Source: Eledone cirrhosa (taxonomy: Eukaryota). Taken from it: a stretch of DNA of 64,000 bases. The stretch lies in assembly GCA_964016885.1 (NCBI GenBank), contig OZ024761.1, positions 12,958,001-13,022,000 of the forward strand, written 5' to 3'. The notes beneath the pieces are model-generated. The model did not search any database. It had not been told where the DNA came from and saw nothing but the letters and a program-made list of their open reading frames with translations. A program made the translations under genes and the position numbers. How positions within the stretch are numbered: the stretch's first letter is position 1; each line of letters begins with the position of its first letter. This document shows, one piece after another, positions 1 to 12,894 of this stretch.

Positions 1-334
1 TTATGTGAGATAATTATGAGAGTAATGTAAATGGTATAGGGTTAAACCTGCTGTAACTGGCCACTCATACTGATGTTAAGGTATTGTTCTCAAAATAAAT
101 AATATCAAAATCTCATAGATTCGATATTATGTGAGATAATTATGAGAGTAATGTAAATGGTATAGGGTTAAACCTGCTGTAACTGGCCACTCATACTGAT
201 GTTAAGGTATTGTTCTCAAAATAAATAATATCAAAATCTCATAGATTCGATATTATGTGAGATAATTATGAGAGTAATGTAAATGGTATAGGGTTAAACC
301 TGCTGTAACTGGCCACTCATACTGATGTTAAGGT
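1..334. repeat. 126-bp tandem repeat (~2.7 units) derived from the TTAA/piggyBac-like MITE family
   Basis: 'ttatgtgagataattatg' recurs at 1, 127 and 253. Contains 'gggttaa' and the MITE-internal 'ctcatactgatgttaaggtattgttctcaaaataaataata' also seen at 10242 and 13930. Confidence 0.85.
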
Positions 335-676
335 TTAATCTGTTGTTGTTCATTAGGTCGGATCATTGCTTCTTCTCATACTTACTCTTAATCTTCTTGT
401 TTGTTTTTTTGTTAATTTGTAATATTTTTATTTGTTTTTGTTCACCAAATTTTTGATGCCAACAGTTTGACACCTCTCACTTATCATTTTCTTCATATTG
501 TGGTTGGCTAAACAACAACAATATCAGTAGTAGTAGTAGTAGTAGTAGTAGTCACACTGCCCTCCTGAACCTGTAAATTGTTGTATGTTGAGGTCCCCAA
601 TGCCAGACGGAGAGTTGGCTCATACAAACACAGATCAAATCCAAACAACAACAACAACAACAATAATAATAATAAT

Positions 677-1126
677 AATTGTTTCTACTTTTGGCACAAG
701 GCCAGCAATTACCCCAGTGCATTACTGGTACTTTATTTTATCGACCCCGTAAGGTTGAAAGGCAAAGCATGGCGTCCGACCCTCTACCGATTCTGCCAAT
801 AGGCACAAGGCCAGCAATTTTGGGGGAGGGAGAAAGTCAATTAAATTGGTCTCAGTGCGTGACTGGTACTTTATTTTATCGACCCCCGTAAGGATGTTGC
901 GAAACAGGGTTTCCGACCCTCTACCGATTCTGCCAGTCCAATAATAATGTTTCTGCTTTAGGAACAAGGTCAGCAATTACCTCAGTGCATTACTGGTACT
1001 TTATTTTATTGATCCCCGTAAGGATTAAAGACTAAGCTAACCCAGGCAAGATTTGAACTCAGACCGTAAAGGGACGTAACTCTATGCTGGAAAGCATGTC
1101 GTCCGACCCTCTACCGATACTGCCAT
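677..1126 (-). mobile_element. Cluster of three tRNA-derived SINE copies (Meta-type central domain)
   Basis: Reverse complement of the family at 12470-12660 ('ctggtactttattttatcgaccccgtaagg', 'gaccctctaccgattctgcca'). Two copies are internally deleted. Confidence 0.85.
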
Positions 1127-1243
1127 AGTAATGATGGTAACAACAATAATTATAATAATTTCTTACTTTGCCCTTGATTTCTAATAAAAGCAACCATTTC
1201 TTTGATATAAACACATATAGCCATATTACGCACGCACGCACAC

Positions 1244-1295
<52 letters not shown>

Positions 1296-1849
1296 ACATA
1301 CATACATACATACATACATAGATATAGGATAAATTGGAAAAAATCAGAAAAATTAAAGTAATTATATTAGTTGTAAGAAAGGAAGAAGAGAAGGGATAGT
1401 ATATGACAGATGGCAATTCAATTTACTGGTAAACAAGTATATAGAAGGTTTTTAATGAGAATACAATGAGTATATGGTTTATTTTATCTCAATAAGAATT
1501 TTTGGGAGTGCCTATTTTAATCTATATTTGACCAATTGAACAATGGACAGGGCTGGTTTTTTGGTGTAGTATTAATACAGATATAAAGTGTCCAGTAAGG
1601 AAGAGAGAGATTTTCACTGCTACTGTATAACAACAATGCTGGTATATGCATTAGGGAATTGAATTAAGAAATCTCATTTTATCTATAGAAGTTTATATTA
1701 AATGGTAAAGAATAGAAAAGTTGATAGAATTAAGACTAATATGTAAATATATATATGTATATGTATATATATATAGATATATATGTATATAGATATATAT
1801 GTATATATGTATAGATATATATATGTATATATGTATAGATATATATGTA

Positions 1850-1884
<35 letters not shown>

Positions 1885-1890
<6 letters not shown>

Positions 1891-2110
1891 AATTAGTATA
1901 TCTACCAACATATGTATACAGATGCATACCTATGCTAGCAAATATATAGGTTTTGTCTTAGTAACTTTGTAGTTCAATGCAAGGGGATGCAGAACAATTA
2001 TATGAAAGACGTAAAATAAGAGAATTATGAAAATCAACTTACTTACTGGAATGAAATTTTAGTAAGTAAGTTGATTTTCATAATTCTCTTATTTTACGTC
2101 TTTCATATAT
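1885..2110. mobile_element. (TA)n-flanked fold-back element, same family as 42725-42975
   Basis: Hairpin 1999-2110 ('atgaaagacgtaaaataagagaattatgaaaatcaacttacttact' and its reverse complement). The tail 1885-2000 matches 42858-42975 in reverse. Confidence 0.7.
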
Positions 2111-2124
2111 ATATACATATATAT

Positions 2125-2155
<31 letters not shown>

Positions 2156-2610
2156 TATATAAGTAGAGGTAGTTCCACAACAGTTAGTTCACCATACTGA
2201 GAACAAATGTTTCACCTTATTCAGATCCTCAGCTTGATATATATATATAATAAAAAGGACGAGGTGTTAGATCTTCCTTGTATTTATTGAGGTGTGGCGC
2301 GTGTTTTGTGATTGATAAGCTCAAGGCTCGATCTGTATCGATCGGGCCCGAATCTGGAATCAAAAGCTCGTCAGACTTCTGGTGTGGTAATGACAGAATG
2401 ATACCCTGACAGCTCTTATCCATTTATGGTGGTGAATTTTACTTCATTTTGATTGGTGGTTTTGCCTACAGGAAACTACGCACCGAGTGCTCACTTTGGT
2501 GAACCTACAGTAACTGGACATTACAATCCTTAAACTATATATATATATAATATAATATTATAATAAAATAACAGGAGGCTGGACTTGTGTAAATCCTTGA
2601 AAGGTTTATT

Positions 2611-2668
2611 ATACTATAAACATTTCAATGACCGGGTTCCGTATGAATCCGGTGATATCATCAGGTAT
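2611..2668 (-). ncRNA. Minimal type I hammerhead ribozyme motif (somewhat degenerate)
   Basis: Minus strand: AUAC-CUGAUGA-UAUCACCGG..CCGGUCAUU-GAAA-UGUUUA-UA-GUAU. Stem I AUAC/GUAU; lies in a TA-flanked insert. Confidence 0.6.
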
Positions 2669-3946
2669 TGGAAATACAATAAATGAATATAATAGGTATA
2701 TATATATATAAATCCAATATCAATAAATACACCAGGATTTTTTCATTCTGATGATTGAAAGCAAAATTTGTTTGCTTTTAAGAAACCACTGGTAAATGAA
2801 ATAATTGCCTTATGTTGTTTATTACATAACTATATATATATATATATATTGTTTTCTTTCTTTCCAGCTTGTCACTAGCTAGTTACTTGTTCTGTGTGTG
2901 TGTATCTTAATAAAATATGACATCTGTGAAATGACAGTTGCAAGGAAATGTGTAAGTGACTAGGTAGAAAATATTGCAACAGAAATTTTGGCACCAACAT
3001 TTAAATAATAAATATAAAGTAAAGTTAACAGTTATTATGTGTTTTTGAATGGCTAAAATGACCCATTCACAATGTAATTGATTTAGTTTCAACACACAGT
3101 CTCAGATCAAGTCACTTGCCTAATGTGTTCAACTCCAAACGTTGAAAATAATTTGCACCACTAAATTCTAAACAACAGGAATATCAACTCCAAATACAAT
3201 ATTATCAGCTAAATTTCATCTTCAACTACTTTTTAAAATCTTCCATTTTTCAAAAATTTATAATTTAGTCAGAAAAGGAAGAACAGTGGTAATGATCTTT
3301 TTCATGGCCTCCAAGAATTATTAGATGGAATGAGGAAAATATCCTCAGACAAAAGAGAGTTGGCTGTTTTATTAGTTTAGTTCTTGTGTTTTTTTGTATG
3401 TCTTTATCTTGTCCTAACTTACTATCTTGTAATGTTGTTGCTATTCCGCTTGCACTTTCTGTTTAGTTTTGGTTGGAATTTGTTTATGTTTGTCGCTTCT
3501 GTAATTTGTTGGAGCATTGCATCTGTTCTGTGTGGATATAATTTTTATCCTCCAATTAATAGAGAATGCTGTGTTACTTTCTTTGAGGTTCCACACATGG
3601 TTTGTGAGCTAAGTGCTATGTTTTTTTTGTCAGGATATCTGAAGGTCATTTCGTGATTCAGGAAACAGCTTTTGAACCGGGTTCTCAGACACTCCTACAT
3701 AAGTCCTGGCTTCTGATAGATGGTTTTGGTTGGTGGAGGTCACTTCTGCCCCATATATGTATATCTATATATAGACGCACACACACACACACACACACAC
3801 ACTCCATGAATGTCACACAAGAGCATCAACCACCCTCTTCTATTTTTAACACTCAGCCCCACCCTCATCTCTATTGTTTTATTTAACTTACAACCTCTGT
3901 ATTGTTGTTATTGAGGTGTTGTAATATATTTGACCCCTTGTACTCC

Positions 3947-3989
<43 letters not shown>

Positions 3990-4419
3990 AGGTAAACCAC
4001 TCTCTTCAGCTTTGCTTTGACATTTCAGCTTTTACTTACTTTATGTAACTTTCTTTTCTTTCTTTCTTTTCTGAACTTTTGATCTATTTTCATAGATGTT
4101 GTTGTTGTTGTTGTACTCTACCCCCTCTCTTTCTCTCACACCTCCCACCCCCTCCTCTCTCCACCCCCTCTCTATTCCGTACTGCTTTAAATCTTAATAT
4201 TTTTCTTCTTTCTTTCAACTTGCATCCTTACAAGCTGTTGTTGTTGATGATGTTATTGTTATTGTTGTCATTATATCTCTTCCCTATTGCTGTTGTTTTT
4301 GTTATCTCCTCCATACCGCTGTTGTTGTTGTTATCTCTTCCCTACTGCTACTGTCGTTGTTATAATTCTAATATCTTTTCATACTTGTCTCTCTCTCTCT
4401 CTCTCTCTGTGTGTGTATG

Positions 4420-4456
<37 letters not shown>

Positions 4457-4677
4457 ATAATAATAAATGTGAAGACTAAAATCCGAAGAGGGCTCGATAG
4501 GGATAATATATATATAAAACCGTAGAGCAAATATTTCTTAAATATTATTTTTAATAAATATAAATATATGCCGAGGTTGACTTTGCCTTTCATCCTTACG
4601 GGGTCGATAAAATAAAGTACCAGTAATGTACTGGGTAATTGCTGGCCTTGTGCCTAAAGTAGAAACAATTATTTTTA

Positions 4678-4733
<56 letters not shown>

Positions 4734-4953
4734 TCTCCCCTCTCCCTCTGCATGGGATGCAGAGAAGAAACCAACAATTTCAGTTTGGTCTGAGCTGATT
4801 TATATAACACCTGTTTATAGTTCCAAACTTATCACTAATAACTAAATGTGTACGTTCTGAATCACAGACAAACGCTTTGGAAATGTAAGTCCCGTGAAAT
4901 CATCGAGTAGGTGGAGAATTTCAGTGTACTAGCGCAAACTCAGTTTGTCTTTT

Positions 4954-4992
<39 letters not shown>

Positions 4993-4996
<4 letters not shown>

Positions 4997-5420
4997 AAGA
5001 TGAATATAAAATGAAAGTGCTTTTTTTAAAAAGGAATTTATTAGGTATTGACATATGTTTCTGTAACAGATGGAATACCTATGTATCGCTGCTTGCGTAA
5101 TCATATAATTGTTTCTACTTTTGGCACAAGGCCAACAATTACCTCAGTGCATTACTGGTACTTTATTTTATCGACCCCGTAAGGATGAAAGGCAAAGTTA
5201 ACCTCGGCGGGATTAACTTTGCCTTTCATCCTTACGGGGTCGATAAAATAAAGTACCAGTAATGCACTGGATAATTGCTGGCCTTGTGCCAAAAGTAGAA
5301 ACAATTATATGATTACGCAAGCAGCGATACATAGGTATTCCATCTGTTACAGAAACATATGTCAATACCTAATAAATTCCTTTTTAAAAAAAGCACTTTC
5401 ATTTTATATTCATCTTTTCT
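4993..5420. repeat. ~430-bp palindrome (arms ~209 bp, 11-nt spacer 5202-5212) of SINE body plus hammerhead-relic tail
   Basis: 4993-5201 is the near-perfect reverse complement of 5213-5420. GAAA-CAUAUG-UC at 5352-5363 with stem I UAGGUAUU/AAUACCUA, followed by AATAAA. Confidence 0.9.
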
Positions 5421-6042
5421 TCATATAATGTTAGCAAGTATTCGATAGCAAATGTATAAACAGTTGTCACTTCTTCAGAGATTTTGGATAAATTGGATAA
5501 AATCAGAAAAATTGAAGTATTTATATTAGTAATAGAGGAAGAAGAGAGGGGATAGTATATGACAGATGGTAATTCAATTTACTGCAAAACAAATATATAA
5601 AGGGTTTCTAATGAGAATACCATGAGTAAATGGTTTATTTTATCTAAATATATATAATACAGAGTATATATATATATATATAATACAGAGTACCCGACCT
5701 CCCATGGGTACAAGCTGAAGCATATAGACAATATGCCCCCCCCACCCACCGCAAGGTGGTCGTGGAGGTGCCACGGCAAAAAGGCACCCAGCCCACACTG
5801 TAAAGTGGACGTGTAGGCGCCACGAAAAAGCACCCAGCACTCACTGTAAATGAGGTTGGTGTTAGGAAGGGCATCCAGCTGTAGAAATCAAGCCAGATCA
5901 GTTCCTGTATGAGCAAGACAAGGTCAGCCGACCAGACACTGCCCACAAAAGGACAACCCGTCTAACCCATGCTAGCGTGGAAGAACGGACGTAAAACGAT
6001 GATGATGATGATATATATATATATATATATATACATATATAA

Positions 6043-6375
6043 TGGAGGCACATGGCTTAGAGCATTGGGCTTGCAATCGAAAGGTTGTGAGTTCAATTCT
6101 CAGACCAGGTGATGTGTTGTTTCCTTGAGCAAGACACTTTATTTCACATTGCTCCAGTTTACTCAGCTGTAGAAATGAGATGATAGGGACTGGAGTCCCT
6201 ATCATTCCACTGTAAAGTGGTCGTGTAAGCACCACGGCAAAAAAACACCCAACACTCACTGAAAAACGAAGTTGGTGTTAGGAAGGGCATCCAGCTGTAG
6301 AAATAAAGCCAGAATCAGTTCCTGTCCCACCCTTGCAAGCAGGGAAAAGCGGACGTAAAATAATGATGATGATGA
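6043..6375 (+). mobile_element. tRNA-derived CORE-type SINE with RTE-like 3' tail
   Basis: Head 'ggaggcacatggcttag..gagttcaattctc', CORE-like 'tccttgagcaagacacttt', tail 'cccttgcaagcagggaaaagcggacgtaaaa(tga)n'. Confidence 0.8.
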
Positions 6376-6619
6376 TATATCAAACTAGCGTTAATCCGCT
6401 GTAATTTAATGAGGTCAAGGTATAGATACCATTGAGGGCCAGAGGTGTGATGACATAGCCAAGCTAAGGTGACACTAACTAACAGACTGCTAAGGGACAG
6501 AGGTGTGATACAACCTTGTAGGAGGCCTGCTAAACCCATATAGATGTAAGCTGTAGCAACAATGTTATAGGCCTGAGCTTTCTATCATTAAAACACCCAG
6601 GAAACCTATGAGATACAAC

Positions 6620-9600
6620 ACTAGTAGTCACACTACAACTGCAATGACCAGGTCACTAGCAGTCACACTACAACTGCAATGACCAGGTCACTAGCAGTCA
6701 CACTACAACTGCAATGACCAGGTCACTAGCAGTCACACTACAACTGCAATGACCAGGTCACTAGCAGTCACACTACAACTGCAATGACCAGGTCACTAGC
6801 AGTCACACTACAACTGCAATGACCAGGTTACTAGCAGTCACACAACTACAATGACCAGGTCACTAGCAGTCACACTACAACTGCAATGACCAGGTCACTA
6901 GCAGTCACACTACAACTGCAATGACCAGGTCACTAGCAGTCACACTACAACTGCAATGACCAGGTCACTAGCAGTCACACTACAACTGCAATGACCAGGT
7001 CACTAGCAGTCACACTATAACTGCAATGACCAGGTCACTAGTAGTCACACTACAACTGCAATGACCAGGTCACTAGTAGTCACACTACAACTGCAATGAC
7101 CAGGTCACTAGTAGTCACACTACAACTGCAATGACCAGGTCACTAGCAGTCACACTACAACTGCAATGACCAGGTCACTAGCAGTCACACTGCAACTGCA
7201 ATGACCAGGTCACTAGTAGTCACACTACAACTGCAATGACCAGGTCACTAGTAGTCACACTACAACTGCAATGACCAGGTCACTAGCAGTCACACTACAA
7301 CTGCAATGACCAGGTCACTAGCAGTCACACTACAACTGCAATGACCAGGTCACTAGCAGTCACATTACAACTGCAATGACCAGGTCACTAGCAGTCACAC
7401 TACAACTGCAATGACCAGGTCACTAGCAGTCACACTACAACTGCAATGACCAGGTCACTAGCAGTCACACTACAACTGCAATGACCAGGTCACTAGCAGT
7501 CACACTACAACTGCAATGACCAGGTCACTAGCAGTCACACTACAACTGCAATGACCAGGTCACTAGCAGTCACACTACAACTGCAATGACCAGGTCACTA
7601 GCAGTCACACTACAACTGCAATGACCAGGTCACTAGCAGTCACACTACAACTGCAATGACCAGGTCACTAGCAGTCACACTACAACTGCAATGACCAGGT
7701 CACTAGTAGTCACACTACAACTGCAATGACCAGGTCACTAGTAGTCACACTACAACTGCAATGACCTGGTCACTAGTAGTCACACTACAACTGCAATGAC
7801 CAGGTCACTAGTAGTCACACTACAACTGCAATGACCAGGTCACTAGCAGTCACACTATAACTGCAATGACCAGGTCACTAGTAGTCACACTACAACTGCA
7901 ATGACCAGGTCACTAGCAGTCACACTACAACTGCAATGACCAGGTCACTAGCAGTCACACTACAACTGCAATGACCAGGTCACTAGCAGTCACACTATAA
8001 CTGCAATGACCAGGTCACTAGTAGTCACACTACAACTGCAATGACCAGGTCACTAGTAGTCACACTACAACTGCAATGACCAGGTCACTAGCAGTCACAC
8101 TATAACTGCAATGACCAGGTCACTAGTAGTCACACTACAACTGCAATGACCAGGTCACTAGCAGTCACACTACAACTGCAATGACCAGGTCACTAGCAGT
8201 CACACTACAACTGCAATGACCAGGTCACTAGCAGTCACACTACAACTGCAATGACCAGGTCACTAGCAGTCACACTACAACTGCAATGACCAGGTCACTA
8301 GCAGTCACACTACAACTGCAATGACCAGGTCACTAGCAGTCACACTACAACTGCAATGACCAGGTCACTAGTAGTCACACTACAACTGCAATGACCAGGT
8401 CACTAGCAGTCACACTATAACTGCAATGACCAGGTCACTAGTAGTCACACTACAACTGCAATGACCAGGTCACTAGCAGACACACTACAACTGCAATGAC
8501 CAGGTCACTAGCAGTCACACTACAACTGCAATGACCAGGTCACTAGCAGTCACACTATAACTGCAATGACCAGGTCACTAGTAGTCACACTACAACTGCA
8601 ATGACCAGGTCACTAGTCACACTATAACTGCAATGACCAGGTCACTAGTAGTCACACTACAACTGCAATGACCAGGTCACTAGTAGTCACACTACAACTG
8701 CAATGACCAGGTCACTAGTAGTCACACTACAACTGCAATGACCAGGTCACTAGCAGTCACACTATAACTGCAATGACCAGGTCACTAGCAGTCACACTAC
8801 AACTGCAATGACCAGGTCACTAGCAGTCACACTATAACTGCAATGACCAGGTCACTAGCAGTCACACTACAACTGCAATGACCAGGTCACTAGCAGTCAC
8901 ACTATAACTGCAATGACCAGGTCACTAGTAGTCACACTACAACTGCAATGACCAGGTCACTAGCAGTCACACTATAACTGCAATGACCAGGTCACTAGTA
9001 GTCACACTACAACTGCAATGACCAGGTCACTAGTAGTCACACTACAACTGCAATGACCAGGTCACTAGTAGTCACACTACAACTGCAATGACCAGGTCAC
9101 TAGCAGTCACACTATAACTGCAATGACCAGGTCACTAGCAGTCACACTACAACTGCAATGACCAGGTCACTAGCAGTCACACTATAACTGCAATGACCAG
9201 GTCACTAGTAGTCACACTACAACTGCAATGACCAGGTCACTAGTAATCACACTACAACTGCAATGACCAGGTCACTAGCAGTCACACTACAACTGCAATG
9301 ACCAGGTCACTAGCAGTCACACTACAACTGCAATGACCAGGTCACTAGTAGTCACACTACAACTGCAATGACCAGGTCACTAGCAGTCACACTACAACTG
9401 CAATGACCAGGTCACTAGCAGTCACACTACAACTGCAATGACCAGGTCACTAGCAGTCACACTACAACTGCAATGACCAGGTCACTAGCAGTCACACTAC
9501 AACTGCAATGACCAGGTCACTAGTAGTCACACTACAACTGCAATGACCAGGTCACTAGCAGTCACACTACAACTGCAATGACCAGGTCACTAGCAGTCAC

Positions 9601-9640
9601 ACTACAACTGCTATAACCTCACCTGGTCACTACAACTGCT
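6620..9640. repeat. 35-bp minisatellite, ~85 copies
   Basis: Unit gcagtcacactacaactgcaatgaccaggtcacta (period 6901 to 6936); few variants (gca/gta, tac/tat). Confidence 0.97.
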
Positions 9641-9897
9641 ATCACCCGGTCACTCCAGATCCCTCTAATCTTCTAAATCACCTCTCCCCTCTCCTCTTCC
9701 TCTCTAATACACCTTCTTTCTTTTCTTTTTCTTATATTTTTGCTTTCAGTACTAACTCTTAACATCCTGTAATATCCCCCAGAAAATATCTGCCCAAAAG
9801 CTGTATTAAATTGTTAATTCAAATGTTTATAGTCTTTACCTTTACTAGTGGACAGATTGTTGGAAAATTGTGCAGTATTATTGTAAAGACTTTAATT

Positions 9898-10113
9898 TTA
9901 ACCCTTTAGAATCTACATTACTCTATATTTATAATTATATTTTCACAGTAAAGGCATTACCTCACATGATATCGAAGCTACAAGATTTTGGTATTACTTA
10001 TTTTGAGAATAATAACTTAACATCAGTATGAGCGGGCAGTTATGGCCAGTTTGAACAGAAAGAGGTGAGAGAATTCTGGCCAGATACAGCCAGTTTAAAT
10101 GCTAAAGGGTTAA
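9898..10113. mobile_element. piggyBac-like MITE (TTAA-CCCTTTAG...CTAAAGGG-TTAA)
   Basis: TIRs 'ccctttag' / 'ctaaaggg' flanked by TTAA on both sides; ~210 bp; many copies in the window. Confidence 0.8.
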
Positions 10114-10160
10114 TGTGATGCAGGCATAGTGTTGTTTTGTACTTTTTCCAGAATGTTTTT

Positions 10161-10379
10161 TTAACCCTTTAGCATGTAAACCGGCCATATCTGGCCAGAA
10201 TTCTCTCACCTCTTTCTGTTCAAACCGGCCATAACCGGCCGCTCATACTGATGTTAAGGTATTGTTCTCAAAATAAATAATATTAAAATCTCATAGATTC
10301 GACATTATGTGATATAAAGCCTTTATTGTTGAAAATACAATAGTATATATATAGAGTAATGTAAATACTAAAGGGTTAA
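10161..10379. mobile_element. piggyBac-like MITE, opposite orientation to 9898-10113
   Basis: 'ttaaccctttt..agcatgtaaaccggcc...aaagggttaa'. Confidence 0.8.
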
Positions 10380-10777
10380 TGTTGTTTCATGTGGTACAGG
10401 ATGTTAAGAGTTAATACAATAATTATAATAACCTTTTTCTCTCTTTCTCTCTACCCAACTGTTAAACCCCCAGACAACAAATGTTATTTCAGGTTGTTGT
10501 TTTTTTAGTAGAAGATGAGTGAGGCTTTAGAAATTTAACTCACCCTGTTAAACAGTTCCATTTGATATAGCAGGATCAGATAGGAGTCTGATGGCTTCAT
10601 CACAATGGCAGTGTCATTTTACACATTACTTGATCTAAAGGACAGAAATAATCTAAAATATATATATCGACAGTCGATCGACTTTCGTCAAATCGGACCG
10701 AGGAAACAATGTTTCCATTGGTCTTTCCAATTGCTAATACTATCTATTGGTCGCAACTCCGGGTAGAAGGAGCAACG

Positions 10778-11064
10778 TGAAATAAAGTGTCTTGCCTAAG
10801 GACATTAATGCATCGCCCGGTCTGGCAATCGAACTCGCAATTGCGAATCCAATTCTCTAAACACTCAGCCACACACCTTCACCAATATATATATATATAT
10901 ATATTGTCCTTTAGATCAAGTAATGTGTAAAATGACTATATATATATATATATATATTGGTGAAGGTGTGTGGCTGAGTGTTTAGAGAATTGGATTCGCA
11001 ATTGTGAGTTCGATTGCCAGACCGGGCGATGCATTATGTCCTTAGGCAAGACACTTTATTTCAC

Positions 11065-11066
<2 letters not shown>
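10778..11066. mobile_element. Inverted pair of CORE-SINE heads separated by TA tracts
   Basis: 10778-10885 is the reverse complement of 10957-11066 (tRNA-like head plus 'cttaggcaagacactttatttcac'). Confidence 0.8.
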
Positions 11067-11099
<33 letters not shown>

Positions 11100-11129
11100 C
11101 ACACATACATATGTATGTGTGAGTGTGTA

Positions 11130-11630
11130 GGCGGCAAATTGGCAGTGATTAGACCGTCAGATAGAATGCTTTGTATTCATCTCGAATCTCTGCTTTCTGA
11201 GTTCAAATCCCACCGAGGTCAACTTTGCCTTTCATCCATTCGATGTCGATAAAAAAAGTACCAGTCTCGTACTGGGGTCGATTCTTCCTCTCTCTCTCTT
11301 TCTCACTTCCTCTCTCTCACTCTCTCTATCCTTCTCTGGAAGAAATCTGTTCTATTCAGGCCTGGGGAGTTTAAAAAATGCCCTAAAAACACCATATGTC
11401 AATACTACTCTATCAAGAGTTATGGGACCATACATACATAATACCAGTCAAGTACTGGGGTCGATTCTTCCTCTCTCTCTCTCTCACTCACTCTATCCTT
11501 CTCTGGAAGAAATCTACTCTATTCAGGCCTGGAGAGGAGATGGGCCCCAGGTTTAAAAAAATGCCTTAGAAACGTATGTCAATATGGCGCCTCTATGACT
11601 CCTTCAGGAGTTACAGGTCCATACCATATA
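11130..11630 (+). mobile_element. Meta-type SINE head with a different, partly duplicated tail; related copy 49340-49745 on minus
   Basis: 'gagttcaaatcccaccgaggtcaactttgcctttcatcc..gtcgataaa..gtaccag' then a tail 'ctctggaagaaatct..tcaggcctg..atgtcaata' repeated twice. Confidence 0.7.
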
Positions 11631-12057
11631 TCTATATGATTTGGGGGTAGGGCCATTGATGTAACTGGATTTTTGTGCCACCCAGCGGGGCAGTATGTGG
11701 GTTCTCCCCATCCCCACATGCTTGTGCCACCCCACCTAAATTTATTACCTACACCCCTCCCACCTTAATTACCTACATCCCCCACCTTGATTTATTACCT
11801 ACAGCCCTCCCACCTCAATTTATTACCCCCCCCCCCCCTTAATTTATTACCTACGGCACTACCACATTTATTTATTACCTACACCTCTCCCACCTTAATG
11901 TATTACCTATATCCCCCCCCCCCACAACTCACCTTAATTTATTACCTATATACTGTACTTGAGAGACGCTTCTCTCTCTCTGTCTCCTGCTCTTTCTTTT
12001 TCTTTATATATTATATAAATTATTATATATAAATTAACGATTTAATTTATTATATAT

Positions 12058-12750
12058 ACTAGCAGAAAAACCATCCTTCGGGTGGTTTTCTGCTAGCATG
12101 TGTAGTGTGTATATTGATATTATACGCAGGTATATATACATGTAGATATGATACATCAAATAAAATCGTAATTGACAATATACACAGAAATTGAACGAAG
12201 ACTGTGTTACACTGTCTTATGTAATCAGTAACGTAATCCATGATACATTAAAAAAAGACGATATTATATATAAACTACATTAGGAGAAAATTAGTGACGG
12301 AAATATATGAATGTTTATTTAAGCGATTGCTAACCGGAAGTGTTGACATTTGAAAATTTTAAAGAAGTGAATCTTAAAATAAGTAATAAAATAATTTATA
12401 TTTAATCAACAGCCACGAAATTTAGGAGATGAATTATGTAATATTCATTCATTATTTATTCAAAGGTGGAGGGCGGTGGATTGGCAGTATCGGTAGAGGG
12501 TCGGACACCATGCTTTCCAGCATAGTTACGTCCCTTTACGATCTGAGTTCAAATCCCGCCGAGGTTGACTTTGCCTTTCATCCTTACGGGGTCGATAAAA
12601 TAAAGTACCAGCAATGCACTGGGTAATTGCTGGCCTTGTGCCTAAAGTAGAAACAATTATTTATTCAAAGTAATCCAACTTATTTTACAAACGGGATTAA
12701 AAAAATCTTCTGGACGCAGTCCCACACTCCTTACTTTATTATAGTTTACA
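12058..12750 (-). mobile_element. Possible non-autonomous Helitron-like element interrupted by a SINE
   Basis: Minus-strand end has a hairpin followed by CTAG ('ccacccgaaggatggtttttctgCTAGt'). Segment is bracketed by a 24-bp direct repeat (12033-12056 / 12750-12773). Confidence 0.4.
12470..12660 (+). mobile_element. Full-length tRNA-derived SINE (Meta-type domain) with 15-bp TSD
   Basis: A-box-like 'tggcagtatcggt', B-box 'gagttcaaatcc', central 'gcctttcatccttacggggtcgataaaataaagtaccag'. TSD attatttattcaaag at 12451 and 12656. Confidence 0.88.
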
Positions 12751-12894
12751 TTAACGATTTAATTTATTATATATTATTTACAATTTGCATGTAGGCAGAT
12801 CTCTCTGGAAATAGGTTTGGGGTGTGTTGAGGGTATTACGCGGCCGTGAGGGGGGTGGGGTGGCCCAAACAGTTTGAGAATCTCTGCTCCAGCT

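Noticed and set aside
2195-2790. Further CUGAnGA matches (2200-2235, 2340-2375, 2748-2780) and 47677-47713
   Set aside because: Stems incomplete or core mutated; possibly relics but not distinguishable from chance by eye.
6620-9640. CRISPR-like regular array
   Set aside because: Pure tandem repeat with no unique spacers; eukaryotic context, no cas genes.
12059-12097. Rho-independent terminator-like hairpin with UUCG loop
   Set aside because: Eukaryotic repeat context; better explained as a transposon terminus.
12470-12560. tRNA genes suggested by A/B boxes
   Set aside because: These are SINE heads continuing into shared SINE bodies; no full cloverleaf.
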